This document shows, piece by piece, positions 1-8,929 of a DNA stretch of 53,624 nucleotides. Position 1 is the stretch's first letter. Every line of letters begins with the position of its first letter. The notes below the pieces were generated by a model. The model worked only from the letters and a program-made list of their open reading frames with translations, was not told the origin of the DNA and did not search any database. This stretch comes from a virus (lineage: Duplodnaviria; Caudoviricetes), in the IMG/VR virus record IMGVR_UViG_3300035018_000016, positions 1-53,624 of that record; one strand, given 5' to 3'. The position numbers were made by a program, and so were the translations under genes.

Positions 1-2115
1 TTGTCGGCCGACCGCCCGGTGCGCTGGGGGCTGGGCCTCCGGCTGTTTGCGGTCCTGACCCTGCTGGGGGCGGTCGCGGTCCTGGTCACCGGCGTCCTGG
101 GCTATGTACGGGCACGCGATGCGCTGGAGCAGGCGATCTACAACCAGCTTACGGCGGCGCGCGAGACCAAGGCGCGCCAGGTCGAGACCTACTTCCGCAC
201 GGTCCATGCCGAGCTGCGCCTTCTCGCCACGTCCAAGATGGTGGTCGAGGCCACGCGCGAGTTCCGGCTCGCGGTCGAGGCCCTCAATCGCGAGCCGGCA
301 GCAACGGAGCTTCAAGGGAAGCTCGGCGACTGGTACGGCGCGCACTTCCTGCCCGAGATGCGTCGCGTGCTGGGCCGCGAGCCTGAATTGGCCGACTACT
401 TGCCGTCAGGACCGGCCGCAGTCTATCTGCAGTACCACTATATCGCAGCCAATCCGCATCCGGCGCCACGGCGGCGGCTGCTCGACAACGCCGGCGACGG
501 CAGCCGCTACAGCGAGCTGCATGCCGTCTACAACCCGCTGCTGCGGGCCGCCGCCATGACCGTCGGCTTCGACGACTTCATGATCGCCGATCCGAAGTCG
601 GGCGATCTCGTTTATACGGTCGACAAGGAGGTGGACTTCGTCACCTCGCTGCAGGTCGGCCCGTACCGCAATTCGAGTCTCGCCGCCGCCGTCGCCCATT
701 GCGCGGCTTCGGCCGACAGGTCGGCTGTGTGCCTCGAGGATTTTGCCCGGTTCGCGCCTGCGGGCGGCGAGCCGACCGCGTTCGCGGCCGCACCGGTGAT
801 CGACGAGGGCGTCGTTATCGGGGTTCTGGTGGCCCAGCTGTCGGATCGCGAGATCGACAAGGTGCTGACCGGCGACCGGCGCTGGCGCCACGAGGGATTC
901 GGGAGCACCGGCGAGGCCTATCTCGTCGGGCCCGATCACCTGCTGCGCTCGGGCGTGCGCGCCTTCTACGAGAATCCGGGGCGCTATTTCGCCGACCTCA
1001 AGGCGGCCGGTGTGCCGGAGGCGGAGATCGTCGCCATTCGCCGCTTCGATTCGCCGATCCTGCTCCAGCATGTCGACACGAGAGCCAGCCAGTTGGCGCT
1101 CGCCGGCATCGACGGCACCGGCGAGGTCGACGGTCATAACGGCGTTCCGACCCTGGCCTCCTGGGGGCCGCTGGCGATCCCGGGTGTCAAATGGGCGCTG
1201 ATCGCCAAGATCGACTCGGCGGAAGCCTTCGCGCCGGTCTACAAGCTGCGCCAGGATCTGGCGATCGTCGGCGGCCTCGCGCTGGTGGTCGTGATCGCGA
1301 CCGGCGGCTGGCTGTCGCGCGCGTTGCTCGGGCCGCTGCGCGACCTGACCGCGGGCGTGCACCGCTTCGCTGCCGGCGACTACGGTGCCCAGGTGCCGGT
1401 GCGCAGCCGCGACGAGATCGGACAACTCTGCCTTGCCTTCAACGGCATGGTCGACGAGTTGCGCGAGAAGAACGTCGTGATCGAGGGCAAGAACCGCGAG
1501 AACGAGGAACTGCTCCTGAACGTGTTGCCGGCACCGATCGCCAACCGGCTGCGCGGCGGCGAGCAGAGCATCGCCGACGGCTTTGCCGAGGTCACGGTCG
1601 CCTTCGCAGATCTGGTGGGCTTCACGGCTTTGTCCTCGGAGATGCCGCCGCAGGAGGTCGTGACGCTGCTCAACGGGCTGTTCACGCGCTTCGACGACGC
1701 GGCCCATGAACTGGGCATCGAGAAGATCAAGACCGTCGGCGATGCCTACATGGCGGTGTGCGGTCTGCCCGTGCCCGTGGCCAACCATGCCGAACGAATG
1801 GTACGCATGGCGATCCGCATGGTCCACATCACGCGCGAGCATGCGCTTGAGAACCGGGTCGACATGAAGCTGCGCATCGGCCTCAACAGCGGCCCCGTGG
1901 TGGCGGGCGTCATCGGCAAGAGCAAGTACATCTACGACCTGTGGGGCGACACGGTGAACCTCGCCAGCCGCATGGAATCGGGTGGTGTTCCCGACTCCAT
2001 CCAGGTCACCCGCCCGGTCTACGAGAAGTTGCAGGGCCTGTTTGCCTTCGAACCGCGCGGCTCGATCGAGGTCAAGGGCAAGGGCGGCGTCGAGGCATGG
2101 CTCCTGAAACTCTGA
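1..2115 (+). CDS. Membrane adenylate/guanylate cyclase (sensor domain + HAMP + class III cyclase); host gene, start uncertain at window edge
   Basis: Two TM segments, HAMP (RSRDEIGQLCLAFNGM), cyclase motifs FADLVGFT, KIKTVGDAYM, YDLWGDTVNLASRMES. Confidence 0.92.
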   Translation: MSADRPVRWGLGLRLFAVLTLLGAVAVLVTGVLGYVRARDALEQAIYNQLTAARETKARQVETYFRTVHAELRLLATSKMVVEATREFRLAVEALNREPAATELQGKLGDWYGAHFLPEMRRVLGREPELADYLPSGPAAVYLQYHYIAANPHPAPRRRLLDNAGDGSRYSELHAVYNPLLRAAAMTVGFDDFMIADPKSGDLVYTVDKEVDFVTSLQVGPYRNSSLAAAVAHCAASADRSAVCLEDFARFAPAGGEPTAFAAAPVIDEGVVIGVLVAQLSDREIDKVLTGDRRWRHEGFGSTGEAYLVGPDHLLRSGVRAFYENPGRYFADLKAAGVPEAEIVAIRRFDSPILLQHVDTRASQLALAGIDGTGEVDGHNGVPTLASWGPLAIPGVKWALIAKIDSAEAFAPVYKLRQDLAIVGGLALVVVIATGGWLSRALLGPLRDLTAGVHRFAAGDYGAQVPVRSRDEIGQLCLAFNGMVDELREKNVVIEGKNRENEELLLNVLPAPIANRLRGGEQSIADGFAEVTVAFADLVGFTALSSEMPPQEVVTLLNGLFTRFDDAAHELGIEKIKTVGDAYMAVCGLPVPVANHAERMVRMAIRMVHITREHALENRVDMKLRIGLNSGPVVAGVIGKSKYIYDLWGDTVNLASRMESGGVPDSIQVTRPVYEKLQGLFAFEPRGSIEVKGKGGVEAWLLKL

Positions 2116-2122
2116 TATGTAG

Positions 2123-2332
2123 ATGGCGCGACGCGCATCCGGGAGACCATTCGTGCCGAACCAGTCCGCCAAGATCGACCTTGCGAATCTCATGATCAGG
2201 AAAGCTGGCCTGATCCGTACCGTGCGGGACGAACTGGCCAAGCAGGGCGTGGTCTACTGGACCGGCTTGACCGAGATCCTCGACGCCATCGAACGGGCAC
2301 GCGGCGAGGAGTCCGGAGAGCAACCCCGATGA
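2123..2332 (+). CDS. Small hypothetical protein (host)
   Basis: 69-aa ORF just after the cyclase; its stop overlaps the next ATG (ATGA). Confidence 0.4.
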   Translation: MARRASGRPFVPNQSAKIDLANLMIRKAGLIRTVRDELAKQGVVYWTGLTEILDAIERARGEESGEQPR

Positions 2333-2706
2333 CGCTGGGAGGGTTGACGCTCATCTACCTGGCTTGCGGTGCGGCGACCCTGCCGCTCAGCATCGTGGTT
2401 CTTCGGTTCATCGTGTCGCTGTCGGCGCCGAATGGCGAGGCGCGCGAGATCGATCACGTGTTCGATCGCGCCATCGACGTGTCGGTCTTCCTCTGGATCG
2501 TGGGCGGCCTGGCCTTCTATTTCTGCGCGGCGCACATCGAACGCCGGAAGCCCTGCGGAGAGCAGCGCACCAATCAACTGACCGCCGAATGCCGCCGACA
2601 GCTCGGGGCGTTCAATATCCGGAGCGATGCGGACGACCGGATTGCGCAGGCTGTCGCACGCGCGGTGTCGCGGCCTAGTTCGAACCCTCGCCACGAGCCA
2701 GCCTGA
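2329..2706 (+). CDS. Hypothetical membrane protein (host)
   Basis: Two hydrophobic segments; GGAG upstream. Confidence 0.45.
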   Translation: MTLGGLTLIYLACGAATLPLSIVVLRFIVSLSAPNGEAREIDHVFDRAIDVSVFLWIVGGLAFYFCAAHIERRKPCGEQRTNQLTAECRRQLGAFNIRSDADDRIAQAVARAVSRPSSNPRHEPA

Positions 2707-3040
2707 CGTAGCGCAAGGCCTTGGCGTCGTTGTCCGCGATGATCGCCGCTGTCACCTGCGGGTCGTGGTAAGGGTTGGTCACGGCAATCAGCTGGTTGGT
2801 TTCGGGCATGCACGACAGGGAAACAGCCCGGGCAACGCTGGCGACATCCGGCTCGCCGCTTGTCGGTGCGGCATTCTTGGTAAAACAAGCGTCTCGCGCT
2901 TCGTAGGCCCGCTCGACTTTGGTGACCTCCCTGGGGTTGCTGTAACCGCCGGCCTTGAACAGCGCCGGAGTGTTGCAGGCCCCCAGCGCCAGCGCCAGAA
3001 TCACCAGGCCGGTTCGCGTCGGATGTTGCGATGAGATCAA
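2675..3040 (-). CDS. Putative lipoprotein (paralog of the adjacent gene)
   Basis: Lipobox LALGAC; shares YEARDAC..KNA and DVAS.A.AVSLSC.PET with 3037-3393. Confidence 0.7.
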   Translation of the reverse strand: MISSQHPTRTGLVILALALGACNTPALFKAGGYSNPREVTKVERAYEARDACFTKNAAPTSGEPDVASVARAVSLSCMPETNQLIAVTNPYHDPQVTAAIIADNDAKALRYVRLARGEGSN

Positions 3041-3393
3041 CGCGGCGCCCTCATGACGTACAGTACTGCCCGCCTGTCCGTGTCGTTGCGGATCGCCAGG
3101 GCAACCTTCGGATCGCGGTCGGGATTGCTCGCGACGATGAGGCGGTCGGTCTCGGGCGCGCAGGACAGGGAGACGGCCTTGGCAATGCTGGCAACGTCCG
3201 AGTTGCCGGTATCCGAAGGGACGGCGTTCTTGGCAAGACAGGCGTCCCTGGCTTCGTAAAGGCGCTTGATACTATTTACCGTCATCGGGCTGCTGTATTG
3301 GTTGCCCTCGAAGATGTAGTCGCGGCTGCAAGCCCCAAGGGACAGAGTGAGGACGGCCATGGCGACCCGCATCGAAAATATCAAAGGTTTCAT
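3037..3393 (-). CDS. Putative lipoprotein
   Basis: Lipobox LSLGAC; start moved to ATG 3393 because the longer ORF overlaps the tRNA remnant. Confidence 0.7.
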   Translation of the reverse strand: MKPLIFSMRVAMAVLTLSLGACSRDYIFEGNQYSSPMTVNSIKRLYEARDACLAKNAVPSDTGNSDVASIAKAVSLSCAPETDRLIVASNPDRDPKVALAIRNDTDRRAVLYVMRAPR

Positions 3394-3437
3394 CGGCAGG
3401 CTGCTCACGTACGTCCCGGCGCCAGATCGCGAAAACT

Positions 3438-3484
3438 TGGCGGACCCGGCGAGATTCGAACTCACGACCTCTGCCTTCGGAGGG
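3438..3484 (-). tRNA. 3' half of tRNA-Arg(CCG): att-core remnant at the left prophage boundary, not a full tRNA
   Basis: Reverse complement is CCCTCCGAAGGCAGAGGTCGTGAGTTCGAATCTCGCCGGGTCCGCCA: anticodon loop CTCCGAA, T-loop GTTCGAATC and CCA end; no D-arm or 5' acceptor strand upstream. Confidence 0.88.
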
Positions 3485-3550
3485 GAGAGGCCTTAGTTCG
3501 CTAACCCGTTGGGCACGCGGCGCTTTTTCTGTGGCATCCAGCCTCGCGTG

Positions 3551-4108
3551 TCAACCAGGTGTCACCCGGAAGAGGATGAGCTGCAGGGCTCCCCAGATGA
3601 AGCCACTCCAGGAAGCTACACCTAGCACCATTCCCAACAAGCTCGTCCAGCCGGTGTGCTTGCGTATCCGTTCGGCGCGCGCCACGGCGACCGGGACCGC
3701 CTGCCGGGCTTTCTCATTGCCGAAATGACGGTCCCCCGTGTTGTGGACTTCGGCATCCCAGTCCGACCAGTAGGCCGACGCCATGAGCTGAGCGTTGATG
3801 TAGGCGATCAGGCAGCACAGGGCGGCGGCAAAGAGCGCGCCGGCGAACCAGCAGGCGGCACCGCTCGCGTCGCTGACGTCGATCCGATATGTGCCGGTGT
3901 GGTTGAGGAGATAGGGAAGCGCTGCCAGCGCACCGGCATTGACGATCAACGCGTATTGCACCGCCAATCTTGCCCAGGCGCCGCTTTCCTTGACGATCTC
4001 GAGTGCATCCCTCCGCAGCGGCCCGGCCATCAGATTGAAGTCGCTGGAGTAGGCCGAGTATTTCTCCCGCCACTTCCGTCGAGACTCTTCAGCAGCATCA
4101 TCGCTCAT
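3551..4108 (-). CDS. Hypothetical membrane protein (prophage-end cargo)
   Basis: Three hydrophobic helices; AAGGA upstream. Confidence 0.7.
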   Translation of the reverse strand: MSDDAAEESRRKWREKYSAYSSDFNLMAGPLRRDALEIVKESGAWARLAVQYALIVNAGALAALPYLLNHTGTYRIDVSDASGAACWFAGALFAAALCCLIAYINAQLMASAYWSDWDAEVHNTGDRHFGNEKARQAVPVAVARAERIRKHTGWTSLLGMVLGVASWSGFIWGALQLILFRVTPG

Positions 4109-4129
4109 GGGTCATTCCTTCGCGGTTGG

Positions 4130-4435
4130 TCACAGCGGCCAGAACTCCGGCAGGTCGGCCGGATCGCCGTCGCCGGCGTAGACGCGGAAGGCGTAGTAAG
4201 CCGTGCCGTCGGCCCGTTCCCGCACGATGCGGTGCGCCTGGCCGAGCAGCTGCATGGTGCCGACGTCGTGGCCGTGGGGTTGGTCCATGGCGCCCCAGCG
4301 CGGCACGACAGCCCGGGACATCATGAACTTGCCGACCGGGATCTGCAGCCGCGTGAAGCCCACGAGTTCGTTCCAGGCGTCGAACACCGGCGACCAGCCG
4401 CTCGAGTCCCAGTCCGCCTCGTCGTCGTCGCTCAT
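4130..4435 (-). CDS. Hypothetical protein
   Basis: 101 aa; ATGA overlap with the upstream gene. Confidence 0.65.
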   Translation of the reverse strand: MSDDDEADWDSSGWSPVFDAWNELVGFTRLQIPVGKFMMSRAVVPRWGAMDQPHGHDVGTMQLLGQAHRIVRERADGTAYYAFRVYAGDGDPADLPEFWPL

Positions 4436-4803
4436 GGCCTGCGCTCCGCCGCGAAGCCTCGGCCGATCCAGGCCGCGACCAGGCCCAGCACATAGACCAG
4501 CAGGGGTGGGCCCAGCAGGAAGGCGAAGAACAGGGGCACGAAGAAATCATGCTCGGCGGCCAGGCGGCCGATGCGTCGGCCGAGCGTGTCGTTCCGCTCA
4601 AGGTACTCGTACCGCTTCACGCCAAAGCACAGATGGTCCTCGGCCGTAGCCCTGCCGCAGGCGGCGGCGGCCGACTGCTCGGCCTCCGCATTCATCTCGG
4701 TCGCCCGGGTGGCGATATCGTAGGCCAGCCACGCGGTGAAGCCGATCGTCCAGGCGATCGACCCAACCACCCAGAGTCGCCGCAGGCCGCGGGCGGCGTT
4801 CAT
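4432..4803 (-). CDS. Hypothetical two-TM membrane protein
   Basis: Two TM helices; ATG overlaps the integrase stop. Confidence 0.65.
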   Translation of the reverse strand: MNAARGLRRLWVVGSIAWTIGFTAWLAYDIATRATEMNAEAEQSAAAACGRATAEDHLCFGVKRYEYLERNDTLGRRIGRLAAEHDFFVPLFFAFLLGPPLLVYVLGLVAAWIGRGFAAERRP

Positions 4804-6119
4804 GCCGTCTTCTTCTCCGCCGCCGGCGCGCCGATCGGCAGCTGGTCGACTACGGCGCGGCGCACGTCGGGCACGTCGTGGGCATAGGCCATGTAGCTCT
4901 CGACCGTGAGCCAGCCCGCCTGGTCCATGGCCACGCGCGCCGGCGCCTTCATGGCGTGCAGCGTCGTGGCCAGCAGGTGGCGGAACCAGTGCTGGGTGAT
5001 CTGGCGCATGAGGCGGATATCGGCGTGGGCCTGGCCGATGGTCTGTCGCGCCTGGTCGACCAGGCCCTGGCGGCGCAGCTCGAGCGCGGCTTCAAGCGCC
5101 TGGCGCCGGCGAACGCCGGTCGCCCGGACCTTGGCGTTGTTGAAGGCGGTGCGGTTGTGCCCGCTCAGATCGTTGTCGGTCTTGTACGGCTTGCCGGCCT
5201 TGGTCAGGAACAGCGGCCCCTCGCGGTCCCACAACCGGCCGCGGCGCTTGATGTACTGGCGCAGCGCCTCGGCCGCGTTCGGATGCAGCGACGCGGTCAC
5301 GGTCTCGCCGGTCTTGGTCGACCGGAACGTGATCTGCTCGCGGCCGAGCGCCAGCATGGCGTCGGCCAGGCGCGTGCGCAGCACGGCCGAGACGCGCTGC
5401 CCGGTGCTCCATTCGACCCAGAGCTGCGGCTTCAGGTGCCAGCCGGCCTGGTCGACGAGCAGCTGCACGAGCTCGGGCCGCCAGTCGGCGACGTGCCGGC
5501 GCTGGCGGTGCTTGGGCTTGCGGGCGGCTGCGTCGCGCTCGAAGTGCGGCATGGTCTTGTCGCCGATCCAGCGCCGCGGCTTGGCGCGGCACCAGTTCAG
5601 GAACGACATGAGCCCGTTCAGGTAGCGCTCGCGGGTCGAGGCGGCCGCGCCGGCGACGGCGGCCTCGGCCAGCGAGACCCATTCCTCGGCGCCGATCGCG
5701 CCCAGCTTGCGGATCTTGAAACGGCGCGCGATCGCCTGGGTCATCGAGACTTCGCGCCAGCTGGGCTTGCGGCCGTGCTTGCGCGTGCGCTTCAGGTACC
5801 GTTCGATGGCGATGGAAACGGCAACACTCGGCTGGACCCCGTGGATGATCTCTTGCCGGGCTTCGAGCGACCAGGCGTCCCGGAGCGCTTCGGCGTCGGG
5901 CAAGCATTCGGCGTTCGCCGGAAGGCCAGTACCCTTTCTAAGGCGGCGTGAGCGTCGCGCTCCGTCGAGGGTTGCGGCGCGGACAGTGCCGACGACGTGC
6001 CAGAACCCGTCTCTGGCGACGATCTGGAGGCCCGGAGACGCCTTACGCGGGCGCTGGCCCGATCGGCATCCTCGGCCGCGATCGCCGCGCCCAGGGCCCT
6101 GTATTCGTTCTCCGACCAT
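4800..6119 (-). CDS. int: Tyrosine recombinase / phage integrase (start uncertain)
   Basis: Catalytic set TGQRVS (R), HWFRH (HxxR), AGW and YMAY (Y); lies near the tRNA att. Confidence 0.88.
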   Translation of the reverse strand: MVGERIQGPGRGDRGRGCRSGQRPRKASPGLQIVARDGFWHVVGTVRAATLDGARRSRRLRKGTGLPANAECLPDAEALRDAWSLEARQEIIHGVQPSVAVSIAIERYLKRTRKHGRKPSWREVSMTQAIARRFKIRKLGAIGAEEWVSLAEAAVAGAAASTRERYLNGLMSFLNWCRAKPRRWIGDKTMPHFERDAAARKPKHRQRRHVADWRPELVQLLVDQAGWHLKPQLWVEWSTGQRVSAVLRTRLADAMLALGREQITFRSTKTGETVTASLHPNAAEALRQYIKRRGRLWDREGPLFLTKAGKPYKTDNDLSGHNRTAFNNAKVRATGVRRRQALEAALELRRQGLVDQARQTIGQAHADIRLMRQITQHWFRHLLATTLHAMKAPARVAMDQAGWLTVESYMAYAHDVPDVRRAVVDQLPIGAPAAEKKTA

Positions 6120-6295
6120 CTCTTCGATCCGCCGATGTGGTGATGGTGCTGCAGCCGCTGCAGATGCGTGGCCCGCCGCCCATCCTCCGTCAACCGAGAT
6201 TGCAGCCACCGGGAGGACTTGCCAAGCCGCGCGGCGACAACCGCCAGCGGTTGGTGGTCGGGATCGACCTGTGCAAGCACGGTGCTGGCAGTCAC
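5792..6295 (-). CDS. Putative excisionase-like DNA-binding protein overlapping the int 5' end
   Basis: GTG overlaps the upstream stop; N-terminal HTH-like LAVVAARLGKSSRWLQ..IGGSKRWSE; directly upstream of int. Confidence 0.5.
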   Translation of the reverse strand: MTASTVLAQVDPDHQPLAVVAARLGKSSRWLQSRLTEDGRRATHLQRLQHHHHIGGSKRWSENEYRALGAAIAAEDADRASARVRRLRASRSSPETGSGTSSALSAPQPSTERDAHAALERVLAFRRTPNACPTPKRSGTPGRSKPGKRSSTGSSRVLPFPSPSNGT

Positions 6296-6486
6296 GGCGC
6301 CAAACCCGCCGCGACCTGGGCGGCCGCCTCCTCGAGGCGGGCGTGCAGATGGGGATAGGTCTCCTCGAGTCGCACCAAGTAGCGCGCATTGTCTGTGCGC
6401 CACTGGTCGATCTCAGTCCGGCGGCTGGCGAAGCCCAACGTCCGGATCGCAACGTCGGTCCACAGGGTGGCGTTGACGTCGGTCAT
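6292..6486 (-). CDS. Hypothetical phage protein
   Basis: 64 aa; coupled to both neighbours by overlapping start/stop codons. Confidence 0.6.
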   Translation of the reverse strand: MTDVNATLWTDVAIRTLGFASRRTEIDQWRTDNARYLVRLEETYPHLHARLEEAAAQVAAGLAP

Positions 6487-6917
6487 AGCAGACGCGCCTG
6501 TTCAGGCGGGACCGCGACGGCCAGGGTGTGATCCCAATCGAAGAAGGACTGCCGCCCCTTTGCGAGGGGTGGATCGGCGAAGACGCGAGGCTCCTCGAGA
6601 CGCCAGGCGTAGCGGCCGGGTGCCCAATTGCCGCAAAGCTGTTCAATGGCGTCGACGTCATAAGCCTCCGTGCTCTTGCACTCGACCAGATCGACGATGC
6701 CCAGCATGCGGCCGCGCGGTAGTTCGGCGCGCCAGTTTTGCCCGAAGGTATCGCAGCACAGCTCGACAAGCAGATCGTCGATCGGCGGGCAGGGGCGTTG
6801 TGCGGCGTGAATCGCCAGGGGGCCGCGATAGAAGGTGGGCCAGTGGCGTGTCTCGAACTTCTTCAAGCGCGCGAAGATCAGCGAGCCCCACGGCTGCCAG
6901 AGAGAAATGGCCCTCAT
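6483..6917 (-). CDS. ASCH domain protein
   Basis: MRAISLWQPWGSLI..KKFETRHW..YRGPLAIHAA and KGRQSFF, the ASCH signature. Confidence 0.85.
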   Translation of the reverse strand: MRAISLWQPWGSLIFARLKKFETRHWPTFYRGPLAIHAAQRPCPPIDDLLVELCCDTFGQNWRAELPRGRMLGIVDLVECKSTEAYDVDAIEQLCGNWAPGRYAWRLEEPRVFADPPLAKGRQSFFDWDHTLAVAVPPEQARLL

Positions 6918-6956
6918 GTCGATCGGCCCCACGGCGAACGCCGTTCGCTATGGCCA

Positions 6957-7442
6957 TCACCCATTGCCCGGCTTCCCGTGAACGGTGGCGGTCTGGTCCT
7001 TGATCGCCTGCCAGTTGTTGTCGACGGCCTTCGCGAGATCGCCGCCGACGTGGGCGATGATTCTATGGGCTTCATCGGGATCGTCGGCGGCAAAGGCAAT
7101 CGTGCAGCCCAGGCTGTCGATCTGGGCCGCGAGCACGGTTGCCGTCGGAAGGCCGGCACAGACCAGCTGAATGCCCCGGAAGCATTTGTCCCGGCCGGGA
7201 TCGGCCACGCTGCCCCGAGCGAGGACGACCTTGTCCAGTGCCGGCGGCACGTAGCCGGCCGCTCTCAACGCGGCCTGCAAGTCGTCGGCGAACCCCACGT
7301 CGATCGCGCGCCGCTGCTCGGCGTAGTCCCACAGGGGCTGCCAGGCGCCGGCGTCGGTGATCTTCAGCGGCACGAAGCCCGGTCGACACCACGGATACTT
7401 GTCGCTCTGAAACTGGCCGTCAGCGTTGATGTGGTCACCCAT
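6957..7442 (-). CDS. Hypothetical phage protein
   Basis: ATG at 7442 overlaps the upstream TGA; begins MGDHINADGQFQSDKYP. Confidence 0.65.
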   Translation of the reverse strand: MGDHINADGQFQSDKYPWCRPGFVPLKITDAGAWQPLWDYAEQRRAIDVGFADDLQAALRAAGYVPPALDKVVLARGSVADPGRDKCFRGIQLVCAGLPTATVLAAQIDSLGCTIAFAADDPDEAHRIIAHVGGDLAKAVDNNWQAIKDQTATVHGKPGNG

Positions 7443-7690
7443 CAGTTCACCCGGTGGCTGCCGGGCACTTCTTCCGGGCTGGCCTCCCATCCGGCCAGCA
7501 ACGCCCTGAGGCCGCGAACGACCTCGGCGCGATCGCAGTTCGAGACATAGTTGCAGCGCTCGTTCTCCGTCCGCGGCCAGACGATGATCGAGAACCCCAT
7601 CGGCTCGCCGGCATTCGTCTGGAGGATCTTGTCGACGCCGCCCGCGATGGCCTGCAGTAGCGACGCCGTCCTGGCCATGGCGTCGCTCAT
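7442..7690 (-). CDS. Hypothetical phage protein
   Basis: 82 aa, coupled; GFSIIVW..CNYVSNCDR. Confidence 0.65.
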   Translation of the reverse strand: MSDAMARTASLLQAIAGGVDKILQTNAGEPMGFSIIVWPRTENERCNYVSNCDRAEVVRGLRALLAGWEASPEEVPGSHRVN

Positions 7691-8664
7691 TTTCCGTCTC
7701 CGTCGATTTCGGCCTGCCGTTGCTGCAGCGACGGCTCGGGCAGGCCGAGGTCGCCATACGTCATCGGCTCACGCCAGGGCGCCTGGCGCTGCCACTTCTC
7801 CTCCGCCGTCAGCGGCTCGAGGTGCCAGCGGACCACCTGCTTGCCCTGGTCTTCGTCGAAGCCGTTCTGGTCGATCACCAGCACGGCCTCGCCCAGCTCG
7901 GCGCTGAAGCTGACGACGTGGCGGCAGCCGGCCGGGAAAGATTCGGGCTCCTCGGAGATCGCGTTCACGTCGATCTCGTCGGCCCAGCCGTATTCGTCGT
8001 GGACTTCGCCGTCCCAGATGCCGGAGCAATGCTCCAGCAGCGCCGCCGGGCAACGGGCGAACATGCCGTCGAGCAGGCGCTTCACGTCCCGGATATTGTC
8101 CTCGAGCTGGTCGTTGCCGTAGAGCGACCACGGTTCCGGCGCGGGCTTGGTGAACTCGGGCACCATCGGATACTTGCCCGCGTAGAACACCGGCTTGCCC
8201 AGCTTCTCCGCCCAGGCGATTTCGCGCGCGGTGCTCTCGCCGATGTAGGGCTTGCCGTCGACCGGGGAGTCGATCACCAGAACGGCGTCGGCCTGGGCGA
8301 TCTTGGCGAAGTGCACGGCCTCGAGCGTGGCCTTCGTCATGGGCGACAGGCTGCCGAGGTCGGGCGCGCGGTTGATGCCCAGCGACCACACCAGGAAGCC
8401 GTGCGTCGAGAGCTGGGCGTTCCACTCGTGGAACTGGCGCAGGAAGCGCGCCGAGCCGCACAGCACGACGGACTGGATCGGCTTGGCGCCTTCGGCCGAG
8501 GAGACGGTGTACATGCCGGCCATCCAGGCCTCGACCTCCTCGACGGTCCGGAGACCCTTGAAAGTCTCCGGGTCGGGCCGCGTCAGGCGCGACAGTGGCG
8601 AATGGTACATGAGCAGGCTGAAGCCGGTCTGCCTGAGGGGCTTGTCACTGATGGCGTCGGTCAT
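7687..8664 (-). CDS. Protein with a nucleoside 2-deoxyribosyltransferase-like domain plus an acidic C-terminal domain
   Basis: VVLCGSARF..HFAKIAQADAVLVI..YIGESTAREIAWAEKLGKPV motif set. Confidence 0.65.
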   Translation of the reverse strand: MTDAISDKPLRQTGFSLLMYHSPLSRLTRPDPETFKGLRTVEEVEAWMAGMYTVSSAEGAKPIQSVVLCGSARFLRQFHEWNAQLSTHGFLVWSLGINRAPDLGSLSPMTKATLEAVHFAKIAQADAVLVIDSPVDGKPYIGESTAREIAWAEKLGKPVFYAGKYPMVPEFTKPAPEPWSLYGNDQLEDNIRDVKRLLDGMFARCPAALLEHCSGIWDGEVHDEYGWADEIDVNAISEEPESFPAGCRHVVSFSAELGEAVLVIDQNGFDEDQGKQVVRWHLEPLTAEEKWQRQAPWREPMTYGDLGLPEPSLQQRQAEIDGDGK

Positions 8665-8929
8665 CGGTCGGTTCCTTCCCGTTCAGACGTTGCAGCAAGA
8701 CGGTGAGATCGCCGGCGAAGTCGCCGACCAGGTCGAGGACGGCGCGCATGGCGGTGTGTTCGCCGATCAACTGGTTGAGCGCGTCGATCGGCGTGCCGTC
8801 GCGAGCGGGCGTGAAGCCGCGCCACGACGGCAGCGTCGACTCGTTGACCCAGCGCGAGAGGGCCTGCAGCTCGGCGTCGGTCAGGCGCTCGTTCGCCGTC
8901 GCGCGGGAGATCCGGAGCGGGGCGTTCAT
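8645..8929 (-). CDS. Hypothetical phage protein
   Basis: MNAPLRISR..; ATGA-coupled to 8926-9477. Confidence 0.6.
   Translation of the reverse strand: MNAPLRISRATANERLTDAELQALSRWVNESTLPSWRGFTPARDGTPIDALNQLIGEHTAMRAVLDLVGDFAGDLTVLLQRLNGKEPTDDRRHQ

Noticed and set aside
3438-3520. Complete tRNA-Arg gene
   Set aside because: Sequence 5' of the anticodon stem cannot form a D-arm or acceptor strand; only the 3' half is present.
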